From positions 30,001 to 62,000 of the forward strand of contig NBVN01000006.1 of NCBI GenBank assembly GCA_003056265.1: a stretch of 32,000 nucleotides of DNA. Reading direction: 5' to 3'. A program made the position numbers and the translations under genes. Under the pieces are notes generated by a model, which saw only the letters and a program-made list of their open reading frames with translations, was not told the origin of the DNA and ran no database searches. Of the stretch, positions 7,703 through 16,243 are shown piece by piece. The DNA is from Zestosphaera tikiterensis. GTDB lineage: Archaea > Thermoproteota > Thermoprotei_A > Sulfolobales > NBVN01. Positions within the stretch are counted from its first letter, which is position 1. Each line of letters begins with the position of its first letter.

Positions 7703-8959
7703 GTGTTTTGGATGATACGGGTTGAGGGTTCTTACCTGTATATAGGTGGTTTTAAAGCTGAGGATCTAGTTCTTAAGTTTGGTACGCCGCTATACGTTTA
7801 CGATAAGGAGGTGATTATCGAAAATTACGTTAGGTTAAGGAATTCCTTGAAATATGGGGATGTTGAGGTGCTTTACTCATGTAAAGCTAATAGTAACGTG
7901 GAGGTTCTTAAGGTTTTTAAGGAGCTTGGTGCTGGTTTAGACGCGGTTTCTGTTTGGGAGGCTCTGTTGGGGGTTAAGGTAGGTTTCCCACCTGATAAGA
8001 TCTTGTTTACGGGGAATAACGTTACGGAGGAGGAGTTGAAGTTAGCTTTGGATTTAGGCGTTATAGTTAACGTGGATTCTATACAGCAGTTGGTTAGATA
8101 CGGTCGTTTAAACCCTGAGGGTGAGGTTTCGATAAGGGTTAATCCAGGTGTTGGTGTGGGTCACCACCAGAAAGCTGTTACTGGTGGCGTCACGAAGTTT
8201 GGGATTTACTTAAATCAAGTTAATGAAGCGTTGAGGGTGGCTAGGGAGTATAGATTAAAGATCGTTGGTTTACATGCTCACATAGGTTCAGGTATTTTAG
8301 ATGTTGAGCCTATATTAAACGTTGCTAAGACCCTCACGAAGCTAGCGTTAAGTTTAAACCTACCCGACCTTAAATTCGTAGATGTCGGGGGTGGTTTAGG
8401 CATACCGTATAGACCTGGCGATAAACCTCTAGACGTTGAGGGCTTAGGGGTTGGTTTAACAGATCTCTTTAACGAGTTTTCACACGCTTATGGACGTAGG
8501 GTGAAGCTCTTCGTAGAGCCTGGAAGATATCTAGTAGGCAATGCTGGAGTACTCTTAACTAAGGTTGTTGACGTAAAGGTGTTTGAGGATGGGAGCCTTA
8601 AGAAAGTCTTCGTAGGTACTGACACAGGCATGAATCACTTAATAAGGCCCGCGCTTTACGATTCCTACCATGAAGTAATACCTGCGAGTAAAGCGAACGT
8701 TGAAAGGAAGCTTTTAGCGGATGTAGTGGGTAATATATGTGAGTCTGGAGACGTAATAGCTAGGGATAGATTACTTCCTGAGTTGAGGGAAGGCGATATA
8801 CTAGCCATAATGGATGTAGGGGCTTACGGCTACTCTATGTCATCAAATTACAACCTAAGACCTAGGCCGGCTGAGGTAATGGTTTATAGGGACGAAGTTA
8901 AACTCATAAGAAGAAGGGAAACGTTTGAAGACTTAATTAGGCACATGATCTTAGATTAA
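7703..8959 (+). CDS. lysA: Diaminopimelate decarboxylase-like PLP enzyme (fold type III, LysA family)
   Basis: YSCKANSN (PLP lysine), HAHIGSG, GGGLGIPY, EPGRYLVG, CESGD and GAYGYSMSSNYN. ATG at 7712 after AGGTG is an alternative start. Confidence 0.8.
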   Translation: MFWMIRVEGSYLYIGGFKAEDLVLKFGTPLYVYDKEVIIENYVRLRNSLKYGDVEVLYSCKANSNVEVLKVFKELGAGLDAVSVWEALLGVKVGFPPDKILFTGNNVTEEELKLALDLGVIVNVDSIQQLVRYGRLNPEGEVSIRVNPGVGVGHHQKAVTGGVTKFGIYLNQVNEALRVAREYRLKIVGLHAHIGSGILDVEPILNVAKTLTKLALSLNLPDLKFVDVGGGLGIPYRPGDKPLDVEGLGVGLTDLFNEFSHAYGRRVKLFVEPGRYLVGNAGVLLTKVVDVKVFEDGSLKKVFVGTDTGMNHLIRPALYDSYHEVIPASKANVERKLLADVVGNICESGDVIARDRLLPELREGDILAIMDVGAYGYSMSSNYNLRPRPAEVMVYRDEVKLIRRRETFEDLIRHMILD

Positions 8960-8991
8960 ATCAATTACTGCCTTACTTAAGAAACACATAC

Positions 8992-9624
8992 CTATAAAGA
9001 GATTACGTATTCATAATCCCTAACCTTACGTATCACACCGTCTAAAGTCCTCACCTTAACTAACGTTTTAAACACACCGTAGAGGTCTCCTGAACCGCCG
9101 ACGAGGTTTACGACATACATGAGCATTGCGAACATCGTTAACTGATTGGCCAAGCATAATCGATTAGCTACGAGCATAACTAAACATACTATAGTGGAAA
9201 GCGCTTGAGGAGCTAAAGCAGTTATAACATACTCTCTAATGGTTATCGACCTATAGTCTAAGACGATCCCCATAGGTATTATCGAAACTTTAAACGTTTT
9301 AACTTTAAAGAATACTTTAAACCTCCGCAGTAAAAACACGTGTGTTAATTCATGAAGCACTACGCTGGCGACTGTGGAGGACGTTACTAAGGTGTAGAAG
9401 GTGTGTGAATCAAATAGTAAGCATGTCGTGTAACATCTAGCGAGGAAGGTAGAGAAACATACGCTAACGTTGAAGGCGTTAAATCCTTCGATGTGCGTTA
9501 ACGTAACTTTGTTTAAGCCTGTGAGTATCGGGCTTATAGCGAATAAAAATATGCTGAAGGCTAGAACGGCCAATACGTCGGCTTTAGTATATTTGATTGT
9601 GATGGTTGTCAAATCCTCTATCAA
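8992..9624 (-). CDS. Polytopic membrane protein with HExxH motif (DUF3267-like putative zincin)
   Basis: VVLHELTHVFLLRRF sits between TM helices. 210 aa, same strand as cbiO and 35 nt downstream of it. Confidence 0.45.
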   Translation of the reverse strand: MIEDLTTITIKYTKADVLAVLAFSIFLFAISPILTGLNKVTLTHIEGFNAFNVSVCFSTFLARCYTTCLLFDSHTFYTLVTSSTVASVVLHELTHVFLLRRFKVFFKVKTFKVSIIPMGIVLDYRSITIREYVITALAPQALSTIVCLVMLVANRLCLANQLTMFAMLMYVVNLVGGSGDLYGVFKTLVKVRTLDGVIRKVRDYEYVISL

Positions 9625-9659
9625 CCCTTAGTAACTTACCATAATAGGGATTTTAGATA

Positions 9660-10325
9660 TTACTTGCAGGTCTTTTTAACTATTCTACCGTTGACTATGT
9701 ATATCACGCAATCCGTTAATCCTTCATATACTCTCCTGTTGTGGCTTGACACTATCGTTATGCCTCCGCATTCCTTTTTTGTTTGTATGACCTCCGCAAC
9801 TTTCTTAACGAATTTCTTAGATAGGTTTGTATGTGGTTCGTCAAGGAGGAGTATTTTAGGGTCGTATATAAGGATTGATATTAAAGCTATTATTTTCTTA
9901 AATCCGTAGCTAAGCGTATAAACAGGTTTCGTTAAGATGTCTTTATTCAGTTCGAAGAACTTCAGCAGCTCCTCAACCTTCTGAGCTATGAGTCCTTCAT
10001 TCTTCTCTATTTGTTTTATTGAGTAAGTTATTTCGTCATATACTGTAGGGTTGAAGAGCATCACGTCTGGGTTTTGAAATAAAACGCCGAAGAACCTCCT
10101 AAGATCTCGTGTGTGTTCGTCAAGCCGTATGCCGTCTAGCGTTACGTAACCTTCCTCAGGTTTAAGTAAGCCGGCGGCAACTAGAAGTAGCGTTGTTTTT
10201 CCAGCTCCGTTAGGGCCTGTGATTAAGTATGTCTTACCTCCTTCGAAAACTGCGTTCACTTCCTTAAGGGCGTATTCTTGCTGGCCTGGATATCTATATG
10301 AAACGCTCACCAACTCCAACTTCAA
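9660..10325 (-). CDS. cbiO: ECF/Cbi transporter ATPase (CbiO/EcfA-like)
   Basis: Walker A GPNGAGKTT, signature variant LSYGFKK, Walker B ILLLDEPH, H-loop region VSSH. Confidence 0.8.
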   Translation of the reverse strand: MKLELVSVSYRYPGQQEYALKEVNAVFEGGKTYLITGPNGAGKTTLLLVAAGLLKPEEGYVTLDGIRLDEHTRDLRRFFGVLFQNPDVMLFNPTVYDEITYSIKQIEKNEGLIAQKVEELLKFFELNKDILTKPVYTLSYGFKKIIALISILIYDPKILLLDEPHTNLSKKFVKKVAEVIQTKKECGGITIVSSHNRRVYEGLTDCVIYIVNGRIVKKTCK

Positions 10326-10333
10326 TTAATTCA

Positions 10334-11059
10334 TCACCAATAAAACAGGGTTAAAAACGTTATAGCTGTTGCCGACGAAAGGATTAAATAATCTGCGGGT
10401 TTAAACTTTAAAGTTTGCGTACGTCCTTCACTTAAGCCTATGCTCCTTGAAGCAATAGCTAAGGAGAGGTTTTGCGCTAAGCTACTTAAGTGTATTAAAG
10501 TATCTCCAACCGATGTTGTAAGAACCCTCCAAGAGTTTCTAGTGTTGTCGTTTAAGTTTCTAGAGGTTCTAGCGATGATCACATCACTCATTACTCTAGA
10601 GGTCTTAGGCATCAACGCTATGAAAACGTTTAACATATGCTTTAATTCCTGCGATATAACGTCGAATACCTCAGTCACCCCCCGTAAACCCTTCAACGCA
10701 ATGAAAACAATCATTGGTGAGGTTGCGGAGGCTGTTGACAACATAGTTTCTAGGATTGAGTTTAAAGTGTTTGGATTCTTACTTATGAATAATGTTGGAA
10801 GCCCTAAAAACAACGCGAAAGCACAGACGTAGAGATATACCTTAACAGCGTTTCTACGTATGCTTACGTTATTTACGTTGATTAATACTAACGCGGTTGC
10901 TGCTATGAAGGCAAGCTTAACTACGTAGTTCCTCGTGTATGCCCCGGCTAACGTAAGCATTACGGACGCGGTAAATAAAGCTACGTTATTTACCTTAAGC
11001 TTAAGCTTTAGGCTATCGCCACCCACACCCCACGCTATAACTTCAAGTGTGTCTGCCAA
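10334..11059 (-). CDS. cbiQ: ECF/Cbi transporter transmembrane component (CbiQ/EcfT-like)
   Basis: 241-aa polytopic protein between the N and O components. ARTSRN resembles the conserved Arg-containing coupling helix of T components. Confidence 0.65.
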   Translation of the reverse strand: MADTLEVIAWGVGGDSLKLKLKVNNVALFTASVMLTLAGAYTRNYVVKLAFIAATALVLINVNNVSIRRNAVKVYLYVCAFALFLGLPTLFISKNPNTLNSILETMLSTASATSPMIVFIALKGLRGVTEVFDVISQELKHMLNVFIALMPKTSRVMSDVIIARTSRNLNDNTRNSWRVLTTSVGDTLIHLSSLAQNLSLAIASRSIGLSEGRTQTLKFKPADYLILSSATAITFLTLFYW

Positions 11060-11095
11060 CTCCTTCAGCAGCTTGCTATGCTCTATTTAAACCAC

Positions 11096-11374
11096 CTACT
11101 TACTTACGTAGAGTTTAAGAACATATCCTAAAGCCACTATAGCTGCTAAGCCTATGAATCCTGAGATTATATATCCAAGCCAGTCCGGTAAGCCAGGTAT
11201 TGAGTATTCTTTAAGGGGTGTCCAGCTAAGTCCCTCCCACTCAGTTAGGTTAAGCGCTTCAGCTACGTGGTCTAAGGGTTCGGCGTAGTTTAAAGCTTCA
11301 GCTAACCACACACCAAACACAGGGCTTACAACTATTAAGACCGAGAGGAGTAGTAACTGCTTTCTTTGAATCAT
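11096..11374 (-). CDS. cbiN: CbiN-like / PDGLE-domain small membrane component
   Basis: 92 aa with N- and C-terminal TM helices and a central AEPLDHVAE segment resembling the PDGLE motif. Its start codon directly abuts the cbiM stop. Confidence 0.6.
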   Translation of the reverse strand: MIQRKQLLLLSVLIVVSPVFGVWLAEALNYAEPLDHVAEALNLTEWEGLSWTPLKEYSIPGLPDWLGYIISGFIGLAAIVALGYVLKLYVSK

Positions 11375-12043
11375 TTAAGACCTCACCTCAGCAACTATCC
11401 GTAAGGCGTTTTTAGATCCTAAGTAGCTAATGACGGAGCCCGTGATTAAGCCCTCAACAACGCCTAAGGCGAAATGCCATCCAGCCATTACGGGCACGCT
11501 AACAGCTAAACTATATCCAACACGACTTAAAACCTCCCCACTAACTCCTAACTCAATACCGCATACAGTACCGGCTAAACCTAAGCTTACTAACCCAGCT
11601 ATGAAACCACTTACGAATCTAGCGGTTCCAACACCCATACCTACTTTATTAAGCACTTGCATAAACGCTCTATATGTCAAGTAGCCGGAGAATACCGCCA
11701 CAACACCCATGTTGAAGACGTTAGCACCTAAGGCCGTTATACCGCCGTCGTGAAAAACTAAACACTGAACTAACAAAACAATAAACATAACTACAACCCC
11801 CACCCAAGGACCTAGTAAAACACCGACTAAAGCACCACCGACCATATGCAGGCTTGTCCCGCCTGGAATAGGCCAAGCAATCATTTGAGCAACGAAGATA
11901 AACGCAGCTAAAGTAGTTACTAAACCAACACCCCTCTCATCCAACCTCCTAACCTTCTTAAAAGCTATGGAAGCAAACACAACCATCAACACGTAAGTAA
12001 CGACAATCGTGTACGGATCTAAGAAACCATCGGGTATATGCAT
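11375..12043 (-). CDS. cbiM: Cobalt/nickel ECF substrate-capture component CbiM/NikM
   Basis: The N-terminus MHIPDGFLD is the CbiM/NikM signature (the N-terminal Met-His metal ligands). 222 aa, polytopic. Confidence 0.85.
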   Translation of the reverse strand: MHIPDGFLDPYTIVVTYVLMVVFASIAFKKVRRLDERGVGLVTTLAAFIFVAQMIAWPIPGGTSLHMVGGALVGVLLGPWVGVVVMFIVLLVQCLVFHDGGITALGANVFNMGVVAVFSGYLTYRAFMQVLNKVGMGVGTARFVSGFIAGLVSLGLAGTVCGIELGVSGEVLSRVGYSLAVSVPVMAGWHFALGVVEGLITGSVISYLGSKNALRIVAEVRS

Positions 12044-12045
12044 TT

Positions 12046-12076
12046 ACGTGCACCTAATAAAGATATAAGTGCACGT
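12046..12076. promoter_or_regulatory. Perfect 8-bp inverted repeat, a putative operator, next to the cbiM start
   Basis: acgtgcac (12046-12053), a 15-nt AT-rich spacer (ctaataaagatataa), then gtgcacgt (12069-12076). The repeat is flanked by TATA-like atataagcc and begins 3 nt from the cbiM ATG (12041-12043 on the minus strand). Confidence 0.45.
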
Positions 12077-12351
12077 ATATAAGCCTTATCCCCCACCTAA
12101 CCTAAAGCAAGTGCGTTTAACACATAGAACAACTTAACATATAGTAAGTGTAACATGATTTCTTAACGTAGCATACGTTATCAACTTTACCTACATGTTT
12201 TAAATTAGTTAAAATAGCATTAGATGAAAGATTAGGTTTATTGATTTTAGGGTTTAACTTCGATTAACATATTAATGTATTTTAAAACCTATGGTGTTTC
12301 TTCCACGATATTTTCCCAATAAATTTATTAACGTTGAATTAGACAATTATA

Positions 12352-12978
12352 TTGGTGGTTTTAGTGGCGAAGAAGTACTATGAGTTACCTCCCCTTCCAT
12401 ATACGTACGAAGCTTTAGAGCCTTACATCAGTAGGGAGCAGTTAAGAATACATTATGAAATCCATCATAAGGGGTATGTTAACGGAGCTAATAACATACT
12501 TAAGATGCTTGACGACGCTAGAGCTGAAGGTAAGCCTGTAGACGTTAAAGCAGTCCTTAAAGCTTTGTCGTTTAACATAGGCGGTCATATACTGCATTCG
12601 ATATTCTGGGCTAACATGGCTCCTCCAGGTAAAGGCGGTGGCACTCCAGGAGGTTTGATAGGTGATAGAATAGTTGAGAACTTCGGAAGTTTTGAAAGGT
12701 TTAAACAGGAGTTCACCGAAGCTGCGTTGAGTGTTGAAGGGTCTGGTTGGGCTGCCTTAACCTACTGCAGAGGTACGGACAGATTGATTATAATGCAGGT
12801 TGAGAAGCATAACATGAACGTATATCCAGCGTTTCAAATATTAATGGTTGTAGACGTATTTGAACACGCATACTACATAGACTACAAGAACGACAGGAAG
12901 AAATACTTAGAGAATTGGTGGAACCTCGTCAACTGGGGTGAAGTAGAGAATAGACTCTCTAAAGTTATACAGCGATAA
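12352..12978 (+). CDS. sod: Fe/Mn superoxide dismutase
   Basis: [32 protein letters not shown] and [15 protein letters not shown] carry the metal-ligand His/His/Asp/His pattern. Start is TTG 12352, or GTG 12355 or 12364. Confidence 0.9.
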   Translation: MVVLVAKKYYELPPLPYTYEALEPYISREQLRIHYEIHHKGYVNGANNILKMLDDARAEGKPVDVKAVLKALSFNIGGHILHSIFWANMAPPGKGGGTPGGLIGDRIVENFGSFERFKQEFTEAALSVEGSGWAALTYCRGTDRLIIMQVEKHNMNVYPAFQILMVVDVFEHAYYIDYKNDRKKYLENWWNLVNWGEVENRLSKVIQR

Positions 12979-13082
12979 CAACCACTTATTAAGCGATGAA
13001 ACGCTGTAAGACCACTGTGTAGAACACGTAAACCCCACGCCTTTCTAACTAGGTAAACGTTAACGAAGGACTTCACAATTTT

Positions 13083-13886
13083 TCAACCCCTCACGATCAC
13101 AGTCCCCTTCTCAGCTAACGCACTCTCTATAGGGTTACTTACAAGTCCTGAGGATATTACAGCTTTACTTACCCCCTCACTAACGGCTTTACCCGCCAGC
13201 AAGACTTTTCTATTCATGCCTACACCAACTTTATTAGCTATATCCTCAACCTCACTTAATTTAATTTCCTTAACTAACTCACCGTTTATGATAACGCCGT
13301 CAACGTCCGTTAACAATATCAGCTCCCGCGCTTTCATAGCCGTAGCTACGGCATAGGCTGCTTGATCCCCATCAACGTTAAGTAGAGTTCCTTGAAGGTC
13401 TATAGCTACAGGCGACACGACTGCTACGTACCCACCGCTAGTTAAAAGCTTCAATAACGTCGTGTTAACGTTTACGATTCTCCCCGTATATCCACCGTCG
13501 ATAACTACCTTCCTACCCCTCTCGTTAACTACGACTATCCTTTTCTTTCTTTCAGCTATGAGCGTCGGTCCGTCAGCCCCCGATATACCTACGGCTTTAC
13601 AGCCTAGAGCTATGAGCTTAGACACTATAGCTTTATTTATCTCTCCGGACATAACCATGACGTAAACCTTCAGCTCGTTCTCATCTGTATACCTACTTCT
13701 TATACCTTCAGGGGAGGTAACGAACTTAGGCTCTATGCCAAGCCTTCTACACATCTCAGTTACGGAATCGCCTCCACCATGAATAAACACTACCTCATCA
13801 TGTTTCGACGTTTTAGCAAGGTCTTCCACAATGCCTTCAAGGTTTTTACTAAGGGCTCTACCGCCGGCCTTAACCACAATCACCAT
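13083..13886 (-). CDS. lysZ: [LysW]-aminoadipate / acetylglutamate kinase (amino acid kinase family)
   Basis: VVKAGGRAL, IHGGG and NVDGDQAAYAVA are amino-acid-kinase fold motifs. Located directly downstream of lysY. Confidence 0.85.
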   Translation of the reverse strand: MVIVVKAGGRALSKNLEGIVEDLAKTSKHDEVVFIHGGGDSVTEMCRRLGIEPKFVTSPEGIRSRYTDENELKVYVMVMSGEINKAIVSKLIALGCKAVGISGADGPTLIAERKKRIVVVNERGRKVVIDGGYTGRIVNVNTTLLKLLTSGGYVAVVSPVAIDLQGTLLNVDGDQAAYAVATAMKARELILLTDVDGVIINGELVKEIKLSEVEDIANKVGVGMNRKVLLAGKAVSEGVSKAVISSGLVSNPIESALAEKGTVIVRG

Positions 13887-13900
13887 AGCTAAGCACCTAC

Positions 13901-14959
13901 CTACGCAGGCTTCAACGGAGTTATTTGAAGACCTAAAGTTTCGTTAAACCCTACAGCTATGTTAAAGACTTGAATTGCCTGCCCAGCCGCACCCTTCATA
14001 AGGTTGTCAATAGCGCAGAAAGACGTTATCCTCCCAACTCTTTTCTCGAGTGCGAAGCCTAAGTCTGCGTAATTGCTTCCAATGACGTACTTCGGGTCTG
14101 GGTAATTCGGCGGTATTTTATATATGATTCTTATAAACGGCTCACCCTTATACGTCTCGACAAACGCTTTCAACACGTCAAGTTCTTCGACCTCTATGGA
14201 AAGCCACGCATGTGAAGAAGCTAACGCACCTCTAACGTTACTAACCGCGTGTGGAACCATAGTGGCAACTACCTCCTGACCTGCTATCGTAGATAATTCC
14301 TGCTGTACTTCAGCTACGTGCCTATGTCCATCCGCATCGTAAGGTCTTACACACCCCTCCCTCTCCGGATGGTGATCACCTATTGATGGTTTAGACCCAG
14401 CTTCACTACTACCTACCTTAACGTCTATTACGATCTTATCCGTATCTATTACCCTACATTTAACTAAAGGTATAAGCGATAATATCGAAGCGGTGGCGTT
14501 ACATCCGGGCACGGCGATGAGCTTAGCACCTCTGATTTCATCTCTATGAATTTCTGGAAGACCGTAAACAGCTTTCTTAAGGAGGTCTGGGTAGGGATGT
14601 TCATACCCATACCAAACCTTATACGCTTGAGGATCCTTCAACCTGAAGTCAGCGCTCAAATCCACTACCGTTAATCCAACTTCTAAAAGCTTAGGCACGT
14701 AATCAACTGACGTTCCGTGGGGAAGTGATAGAAAGACCGCATCACAGTTTTTAGATATTAGACTTACGTCTAACTTACTGAATTTTAGATTTTTATAAAT
14801 ACTACGTAAGTTGAAGTGAACGTAATGTATTGGTTTACCGACGTATTCTCGCGATGTAGCCATAACCACCTCCGCTTGAGGGTGAAGTGCTAAGAGCCTA
14901 AGTAACTCACCACCGGTGTATCCAGACCCTCCTGCTATGCATACCTTCCTCACGTTCAT
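13901..14959 (-). CDS. lysY: [LysW]-aminoadipyl-phosphate / N-acetyl-gamma-glutamyl-phosphate reductase
   Basis: AGGSGYTGGELLRLL is the NAD(P) fold. PGCNATA carries the active-site Cys. 352 aa, ArgC family. Confidence 0.85.
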   Translation of the reverse strand: MNVRKVCIAGGSGYTGGELLRLLALHPQAEVVMATSREYVGKPIHYVHFNLRSIYKNLKFSKLDVSLISKNCDAVFLSLPHGTSVDYVPKLLEVGLTVVDLSADFRLKDPQAYKVWYGYEHPYPDLLKKAVYGLPEIHRDEIRGAKLIAVPGCNATASILSLIPLVKCRVIDTDKIVIDVKVGSSEAGSKPSIGDHHPEREGCVRPYDADGHRHVAEVQQELSTIAGQEVVATMVPHAVSNVRGALASSHAWLSIEVEELDVLKAFVETYKGEPFIRIIYKIPPNYPDPKYVIGSNYADLGFALEKRVGRITSFCAIDNLMKGAAGQAIQVFNIAVGFNETLGLQITPLKPA

Positions 14960-15136
14960 AACGGTAACTACCTATGTTAGGTAGGCCTCGTTGAGAATTA
15001 TAAGCCTGATGTTACGCTTGTTGCTTTAAATTAGGTTTAATCTATATACATCACTTCACAACCTTTAGAACTACACCTAGGGTTTGTTCCCTTCATAACA
15101 AGGGGGTGATGGATGTGTTTCACGCATTACTTAACC

Positions 15137-15145
15137 TTTATAAAA
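15137..15145 (+). promoter_or_regulatory. TATA-like box for lysW
   Basis: tttataaaa lies about 40-48 nt upstream of ATG 15185. GAGGTG sits directly before the start codon. Confidence 0.35.
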
Positions 15146-15184
15146 TCGTCGTCGTTCACCTTATCTATGAAGTGCTGTGAGGTG

Positions 15185-15361
15185 ATGAGCGTGTTTAAAG
15201 TTAAATGCCCTATATGTGGGGATTTCGTGGATGTGCCGGACGACGTCGTATCTGGTGAGGTAATAGAGCATTCCTGCGGCGTTACGTTAGAGGTAGTTAT
15301 GGAGGACGGTGAGGTGAAGCTCAAACCCTTCGAAGGTGTTGGCGAGGATTGGGGAGAGTAG
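15185..15361 (+). CDS. lysW: Amino-group carrier protein LysW
   Basis: 58 aa from ATG 15185. It has an N-terminal zinc-ribbon CPICG...HSCG and the hallmark C-terminal EDWGE. The track ORF start at 15113 is an upstream in-frame extension. Confidence 0.85.
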   Translation: MSVFKVKCPICGDFVDVPDDVVSGEVIEHSCGVTLEVVMEDGEVKLKPFEGVGEDWGE

Positions 15362-15385
15362 CGGAGGTGCGCTTCTATTTCTAAG

Positions 15386-16243
15386 GTGGGGATTTCCTAC
15401 GAAGTCCTTAGGTGGGAGGAGAAGGTTCTTATAGAGGCTGTGAGGAAGGTAGGGCTTGAGGTAGTGCCGTTACATCTACATAACGTAAAGCTCTTCACAG
15501 ACCCTAGCAAAAGAGAGCTGGAGGAAGGCTTAGGCGGGGTTGAACTGATTTTACAGAGGGCTATAAGCCATGCTATAGCGTTGAATTCCACCCTCGTTTT
15601 TGAATCTATGGGTGTTAGGGTAGTGAATAACTCCACGTCATTAGCTGTTGCGACGAATAAGCTATGGACTTTAAAAAAGCTTGTGGAGAGCGGCATAAGA
15701 GTTCCGAATACAGCCGTAGCGTTCAGCGATGAAGCAAGCTTTAAATGCGCTGAACTCCTTAAATATCCAGTAGTCGTAAAACCCATCGACGGGAGTTGGG
15801 GTAGGTTAATAGCTCTCGCGAGAGATGAGGAAGAACTTAGGGCAGTTTTAGAGCATAGGAGCTATATCCCAAGCCCTACTATGAAGGTTTACATGATTCA
15901 GGAATTCGTTAAGAAACCTGGTAGGGACGTTAGAGTGCTTGTCGTCGGCGATGAGGTAGTGGCGGCAATCTATAGAGTGAGTAACCACTGGATTACGAAC
16001 GCCGCTAGAGGGGGGAATGCGCTACCTGCTAAAGTCGATGAGGAGATGAAGGAAATCGCGTTAAAAGTTGCTGAAGTTGTTAATGGTAAGGTATTAGGTA
16101 TAGATATCTTTGAAGATCCTGAAAGGGGTTATTTAGTTAATGAGGTTAACGCCGTACCGGAGTTTAAAAATGCTGCGGCTGCGACGGGTATAGCAATTCA
16201 TTTAAAGATTGCTGAATACCTGAAGTCTCAAGTGAGGGAGTGA
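15386..16243 (+). CDS. lysX: LysW-alpha-aminoadipate/glutamate ligase (RimK/ATP-grasp)
   Basis: ATP-grasp features: PVVVKPIDGSWGR, MIQEFVKKPGRDVRVLVVG, NEVNAVPEF. Positioned directly after lysW. Confidence 0.85.
   Translation: MGISYEVLRWEEKVLIEAVRKVGLEVVPLHLHNVKLFTDPSKRELEEGLGGVELILQRAISHAIALNSTLVFESMGVRVVNNSTSLAVATNKLWTLKKLVESGIRVPNTAVAFSDEASFKCAELLKYPVVVKPIDGSWGRLIALARDEEELRAVLEHRSYIPSPTMKVYMIQEFVKKPGRDVRVLVVGDEVVAAIYRVSNHWITNAARGGNALPAKVDEEMKEIALKVAEVVNGKVLGIDIFEDPERGYLVNEVNAVPEFKNAAAATGIAIHLKIAEYLKSQVRE

Noticed and set aside
15113-15184. The upstream 24-codon extension of LysW from the track start at 15113.
   Set aside because: LysW proteins are about 55-60 aa. The extension (MCFTHYLTFIKSSSFTLSMKCCEV) covers the TATA-like box at 15137-15145. 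ATG 15185 is preceded by GAGGTG.
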